DNA of 64,000 bases from the IMG/VR virus record IMGVR_UViG_3300042197_004553, positions 15,094 through 79,093 of that record; one strand, 5' to 3'. A model generated the notes under the pieces. The model ran no database searches. It was not told where the DNA came from and worked only from the letters and a program-made list of their open reading frames with translations. Positions 59,499-64,000 of this stretch are shown piece by piece (the stretch's first letter is position 1; each line of letters begins with the position of its first letter). The translations under genes and the position numbers were made by a program. The DNA comes from a virus.

Positions 59499-62400
59499 TT
59501 ACAGTGTTTTTGGCAAGGAGCCTAGTGAGACTTGCGGGGTCACTTGCGGGGCACTTGCGGGGTACGTGGGGGGTACTTGGGGGGTCGGCTCTGGTTTCCA
59601 CCCGCTCGTCGCGCCTGAAAGTCCGAATTGTTCGCCACGCGCGAGCGCCGGCACGTAACTGCTGCCGGCCGTGTCGCTGGTCAGGCCCCGGTGCACACTG
59701 TTTAAAAATCCTCGCTCTTGATACGACCCCAGCATGCGGGTCATCCAGTCGGGGTCGTTGGCGATGTTGGCCATGCCGCGCACCATCTCCGGCTCAAACG
59801 GCGGCGGTTCTTTATGGGCCTGCACGTTGGTGATGCCGTACTTCTGCAGGTTGTCGGCCACACTTTTCGTGATCTTGGTGCCGACCGAGTAGTGCAAGAC
59901 CGGTGTTTCGAGGTAGTGATTTGTTAATGTCTTGGGTGCGCCCGTCACGCCGCCTGTCCGGGGCTGCCAGTTCCGCTCCAGCATGGAATAGGGCACGACG
60001 TCATTCGGCGCATAGTCGCCGTATTCGTCCGTCAGCCGAACATGGTTAATTAATCCGCGGGCTACCAGTTCAATGTTCCGGCGGTGGGCGGTGATGCCGC
60101 TGTTACCCAGCACCTGCCGCATGGCCTGCGTGAAGTACCGCCGGCCTTCGCCCACGCCCTTGTGCTTTACGATCTCGGCCGGATTGGGCATGCCGTCGGA
60201 CAGCACGTCACCGGCTTCCAGCGTGTCCCCTTTTTTCACGACGACATCGCGGTCGGCGGGCACGTAGTGATCTTCGCCGTCGACCTGCACATAAAACCCG
60301 CCTTGGGCCGCCGGGCGAATCTCCTGCACCCGGCCGTCGCGCTGCGCATGGGTCGCGCCGTCGGGATATTTTTTCGGTACCTGCACCAGCGCGTTGATGG
60401 CTTTAAACCCGGAGATCGATTTCGCCCCGCCCACACCGCCGGAATTGCTTACGATGAGTCCGTTTGCCAATACAAACAAATGATCATCGTTATCTACTTC
60501 AATGTCATACGTCGGTAATTGACCAATTAATTCGGGTTTTTGCCGAGGATAACGCGTAAACGGCCGAGGGGACTCAACGCGCCAATTTCGTAATAATTCG
60601 TCGAATGTGCGGCGTTTCACGCCATACAACGGAATTAGCGCATAAAACCGCCGAACGCTTTCTTCAGAACTGATGTTGATGCTATACAGTGTGCGCTTAC
60701 GCGACGAATTATTGGCGTAAGGTCCGGTCGAATAAATACCGAAACGTTGCGATAACAATTGTTGCATCTGCGCAATCAATTCTCGCGACGTGGAACCGAA
60801 GTTCAGATGTGGTCTGGATATGTGCGCGTTGATGCCCGGAAGAAATACGCTGCCATCGGCGACAAAATATCCGCCAATAAGTTGCGCCACAGAAGCGTTG
60901 TCCCAATTCCAAACTTCTTCGGGCAAAATTTTTTCGTGAGCGTATTTACCGTACATGCCGCGAGTTTCTAGCCACAAACGCACCGGATTTCGCGTGCCGG
61001 CCGTCATTTGCCCGGTTTTACTGTCGCGTCGCGTGTAGTAATCGTCGGCGCGCATGGCGACTTTGTAATAACCGGGGTGCCCCTTTAATTTTGTCAGTTT
61101 AAGGTTCAACGGCGCAATTAACGGTTGAATTTCTTCAACCAGTGACTGGTCAAAACAACTGAAATTAACGGATTGAACGGCGTGCGTATAGCAACCGTCA
61201 CCCAACAATAAACCGATCAACAACGCAAAAGGTTCGTGAATTAAATCAGCGGAAGAATCGTCAAATCCTCGCGGCATAGTGGCCGACAATTTACCGGCTG
61301 AGGTGCCAACCGGCAACACTTGCGGCGTCCAATTGTAAATCTCAGCGGATGAATTGTTGACGCGGCGAAACATCAAAACTTTGTGGTCTAACGTGCTAAT
61401 TAATTCAACATTTTCGCTCGCGCGCCTGTACGGAATACGAAACACAGTTCGCGCACATTCTCGCAACCCGTTGTCATACGTGCGCACAACGCGAGACGGA
61501 AATGTACGCGCGTTTTTATCGGCACCCAGAACTACATCCCCGGCACGAATGTCTTCGATACGTTTTACAGACCAATCAGCCATTCGCACCAATGTTCCGA
61601 CGGCTAAACAGTGCTTGGACGACAACTGCGACTGGGAGACTGGCTCGGACAGCGCCTGCGCGGCGGCAATGCCCACATAATCTCCTACAGGCGGCAGCCG
61701 GCCCTTTTCGCGATACCCGACGTCCTTGGCGTACACACCGCCGTCGTCCGGACCGCCCACGAGCGGACTGCGCACGACGAGGTCCTGCACGCCCATCTGC
61801 TTTAAGTCGCGCAGAATCTTCGGCGTGAGCACGGTGTTGCGCTTGTACGGGCCGACGGGACGGGCCAAGAGCGCACCCTCGTTGTCAGGATCGTCGACAT
61901 CGGTCGGCAGGCCGCGGTTGGCCGCATCGGCTTGGCGCTCGTCGTCATCGTCGTCGTCGGCGGTGACGAGCAGCCGGTGCGCCATCTGCGTCAACTGCTT
62001 GCCGTAAAACCCGGCGTCCGCCGTGGCGGTTTTGACGTCAATAACGCCCTTGCGGGTGCCGAACGACGCCGCGAAGTACTCAGCCGGCGTCAAGCCGCGG
62101 CCGTAGGACCGCACCACCGGGAGCGGAATGGGCTGGTCCCGATGGTCGACGTACTGCAGGTCGGCTCCGATGAGCGAGTTCAGCGAAAACTTGTTGCCGC
62201 CCGCGCCGGAGATCACCTGATGCACCAGCGGATTGTTGGCCGTGCGCGCTTCGTTGTACACATCCTCGACCAATTGCTGCTGGGTCTCAGCGGCCAACTT
62301 TAAAATTCGCAGGTTCCGTTCTTTGTCGGAGAGACTTTGGTCGGCCAGAATCTGCCGCAACTGTTTGCGAACCTTGACCTCCGCGTGCCGGCTGGCCGTT

Positions 62401-62630
62401 GTCGGCTGGATGTCGCGCAGGCCCATCGACATGCCGCCCGTGGTATACGCCACGTCGCGGGAGATGTCGTGAATCTTTTTCATGACCTCGCGATACCGAT
62501 CGGGGTATTTCTTGGCCAGTTCCGTTGACAGCGCGCCCATATTCTTCTTGTCGAGCACGCGGTCGTAGTTCCGCATGTCGTCAGGCAGGGCTTCGTTGAT
62601 GAGCAGTTGGCCAAGCGTTGTTTTTAACAC
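59499..62630 (-). CDS. RNA polymerase beta' C-terminal fragment (bridge helix, trigger loop), intein-containing
   Basis: GLTPAEYFAASFGTRKGVIDVKTATADAGFYGKQL (bridge helix), YVGIAAAQALSEPVSQSQLSSKH/SGG (trigger loop), HRRNIELVARGL. Confidence 0.9.
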   Translation of the reverse strand: MLKTTLGQLLINEALPDDMRNYDRVLDKKNMGALSTELAKKYPDRYREVMKKIHDISRDVAYTTGGMSMGLRDIQPTTASRHAEVKVRKQLRQILADQSLSDKERNLRILKLAAETQQQLVEDVYNEARTANNPLVHQVISGAGGNKFSLNSLIGADLQYVDHRDQPIPLPVVRSYGRGLTPAEYFAASFGTRKGVIDVKTATADAGFYGKQLTQMAHRLLVTADDDDDDERQADAANRGLPTDVDDPDNEGALLARPVGPYKRNTVLTPKILRDLKQMGVQDLVVRSPLVGGPDDGGVYAKDVGYREKGRLPPVGDYVGIAAAQALSEPVSQSQLSSKHCLAVGTLVRMADWSVKRIEDIRAGDVVLGADKNARTFPSRVVRTYDNGLRECARTVFRIPYRRASENVELISTLDHKVLMFRRVNNSSAEIYNWTPQVLPVGTSAGKLSATMPRGFDDSSADLIHEPFALLIGLLLGDGCYTHAVQSVNFSCFDQSLVEEIQPLIAPLNLKLTKLKGHPGYYKVAMRADDYYTRRDSKTGQMTAGTRNPVRLWLETRGMYGKYAHEKILPEEVWNWDNASVAQLIGGYFVADGSVFLPGINAHISRPHLNFGSTSRELIAQMQQLLSQRFGIYSTGPYANNSSRKRTLYSINISSEESVRRFYALIPLYGVKRRTFDELLRNWRVESPRPFTRYPRQKPELIGQLPTYDIEVDNDDHLFVLANGLIVSNSGGVGGAKSISGFKAINALVQVPKKYPDGATHAQRDGRVQEIRPAAQGGFYVQVDGEDHYVPADRDVVVKKGDTLEAGDVLSDGMPNPAEIVKHKGVGEGRRYFTQAMRQVLGNSGITAHRRNIELVARGLINHVRLTDEYGDYAPNDVVPYSMLERNWQPRTGGVTGAPKTLTNHYLETPVLHYSVGTKITKSVADNLQKYGITNVQAHKEPPPFEPEMVRGMANIANDPDWMTRMLGSYQERGFLNSVHRGLTSDTAGSSYVPALARGEQFGLSGATSGWKPEPTPQVPPTYPASAPQVTPQVSLGSLPKTL
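60444..61610 (-). mobile_element. intein with LAGLIDADG homing endonuclease (389 aa)
   Basis: Starts CLAVGTLVRMAD, ends TYDIEV...HLFVLANGLIVSN followed by Ser; LLIGLLLGDG and LIGGYFVADG motifs; visibly more AT-rich than the flanks. Confidence 0.9.
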
Positions 62631-62636
62631 GGCGCG

Positions 62637-62858
62637 TCACATCTTGGGGGCTGGAACTTCTTGCACAATCGGCGGAGGCGTCGTGACCCCGGCAACCTTC
62701 AGCGCTGCGGCAAAATCCGGGTCGCCCACCGCCGAATACATGATGCCGTCGGCCAGATGCGCGGCCACGAAGATCGGATTGTGCAGGTCGTCTTCAATGA
62801 CGACACTGTGCGCCTTGGTTTCGCCCGGCAGTAAATTGTGCAGTGTTTTAACGAGCAT
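62637..62858 (-). CDS. small hypothetical protein
   Basis: MLVKTLHNLLPG... 73 aa between the RNAP fragments. Confidence 0.6.
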   Translation of the reverse strand: MLVKTLHNLLPGETKAHSVVIEDDLHNPIFVAAHLADGIMYSAVGDPDFAAALKVAGVTTPPPIVQEVPAPKM

Positions 62859-63492
62859 CGTTCGCCAAACTCCGGCAGAGGGCCGCGACAGCACTTGCTT
62901 TCGTTTGAAGATCGATGGGCTGCGGTGTGGCTGCGGGTGCCCACCATTCCGCCATTTTGGGTGCTTCTGGCATCGGCGGACCACCCGCAGCCGGCGCGGC
63001 CCCACCGGCGGCCGCGTTCGGATCAACCGGCGGCGGCGCCATCGGCCCGCCGGGCAACGCGGTTTCGGCCGGGGGTGCGCCCGTCGTGCCGGGCGGCAGC
63101 ACCAGCGACTCAGGCGCCACCTGCACGCCCATCGCGTTCATGATCGCCGTGAGTTGCTGCTGCATGTTGTACAGCCGGTAGTCGAGCATCTGCATCATCT
63201 GCTCGGGCTTTAACTTCTGCTGCGCGGGCTGTTGCGCCGGGGCTGGTTGCGCCGGAGGCAGCGCACCCATCATGGCCGGATCGACCATTCCCGGAGGCGC
63301 CGCCGGAGGGGCCGCGCCGGCCGCAGCCGGATCACTCGGCGGTGCCGCACCCGCAACCGCTTGCGCCGGTGTGGCGGGGGCGACCACGCCCATGTCCGCG
63401 GCTGCCGGGCCCTGCGGCGGCACCACAGCCGACTTTTCCAGCAGCGCGCGAGTAGCCAGCGCCAACAATTCGGGGTTGATCGTGTGAGCCAT
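62848..63492 (-). CDS. Pro/Ala-rich protein with K-x-A motifs
   Basis: GGAGG Shine-Dalgarno; MAHTINPELL...LEKSA...PKMA. Confidence 0.65.
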   Translation of the reverse strand: MAHTINPELLALATRALLEKSAVVPPQGPAAADMGVVAPATPAQAVAGAAPPSDPAAAGAAPPAAPPGMVDPAMMGALPPAQPAPAQQPAQQKLKPEQMMQMLDYRLYNMQQQLTAIMNAMGVQVAPESLVLPPGTTGAPPAETALPGGPMAPPPVDPNAAAGGAAPAAGGPPMPEAPKMAEWWAPAATPQPIDLQTKASAVAALCRSLANDAR

Positions 63493-63511
63493 GCGAACCT
63501 CCGTGTAAAAA

Positions 63512-64000
63512 TTAACTCTGGTCTTCGACAATGTGTACGGGCGTGTCCACGTCGATCTCGCCACGCCGGTACGCGGCCAGCGCGTCTTTCTTGGACCGGT
63601 AAACCCGCGGTTTCGATCGAGTGTTCATCTTGCTAGACGCTAAGTATACACCACTCTGATAGTCTTTGTTGGGTACGTAATGGGCTTTAAACCCCGCCGC
63701 CGAGAATAAATTCTTGCTGGGCAGCATTTTTTCCACGGCTTCTTTAGCGGCGGCATCGGTGCTGGGCACGTGATACTGCATGGCGTCCCCGTCAAAATCC
63801 GCGCCGAAGCCCTTGGTGATCACCGGGCTGACTTCCATGACCTTGTTTTTCGTGAGCCGCGGGTAGAACGCCATCACACCGTAGCGGTGCAGCACGGGCG
63901 CCCGATTAATCACAATCGGCCGGGCGTTCATTTGTGTGTTTAATTCGTCGAACGCGGCTTTGTTCCGCTCGTCCACGGCCTGCAGCGCGTTCATCCGCGG
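63512..64000 (-). CDS. RNA polymerase beta' catalytic fragment (5' part outside window)
   Basis: PIVINRAPVLHRYGVMAF...GFGADFDGDAMQYHVP aligns with RpoC PVLLNRAPTLHRLGIQAF...NADFDGDQMAVHVP. Confidence 0.9.
   Translation of the reverse strand, partial: PRMNALQAVDERNKAAFDELNTQMNARPIVINRAPVLHRYGVMAFYPRLTKNKVMEVSPVITKGFGADFDGDAMQYHVPSTDAAAKEAVEKMLPSKNLFSAAGFKAHYVPNKDYQSGVYLASSKMNTRSKPRVYRSKKDALAAYRRGEIDVDTPVHIVEDQS

Overview
This 64 kb window is part of a large (probably jumbo) contractile-tailed phage genome, with almost all genes on the minus strand. Read right to left in the direction of transcription, it contains a bacterial-like multisubunit RNA polymerase beta' split over two genes (catalytic GADFDGD piece, and a C-terminal piece with a LAGLIDADG intein at the trigger loop). 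A head module follows: K-x-A-rich putative internal/scaffold proteins, a prohead protease, a decoration protein and an HK97-like major capsid protein. Next come neck proteins, tail sheath, tube, a VgrG/gp5-like hub, chaperones, tape measure, an embedded group-3-like sigma factor, baseplate genes, five paralogous Cys-rich proteins and a Cys-repeat/collagen fibre. The left end has a CsrA homologue and a DnaG-like gene running off the edge. Two accessory units each start with the same CTAAAT-N15-GGCATA motif and each carry a structured RNA element. The larger unit (45.35-41.8 kb) encodes a MoxR-type AAA+ ATPase, a VWA protein and a ~650-nt highly structured, apparently non-coding RNA ending in a terminator, which is the best candidate for an undescribed system. 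No tRNA, rRNA, CRISPR array, portal or terminase could be recognised. All calls come from motif recognition and synteny by eye; no database searches were run.
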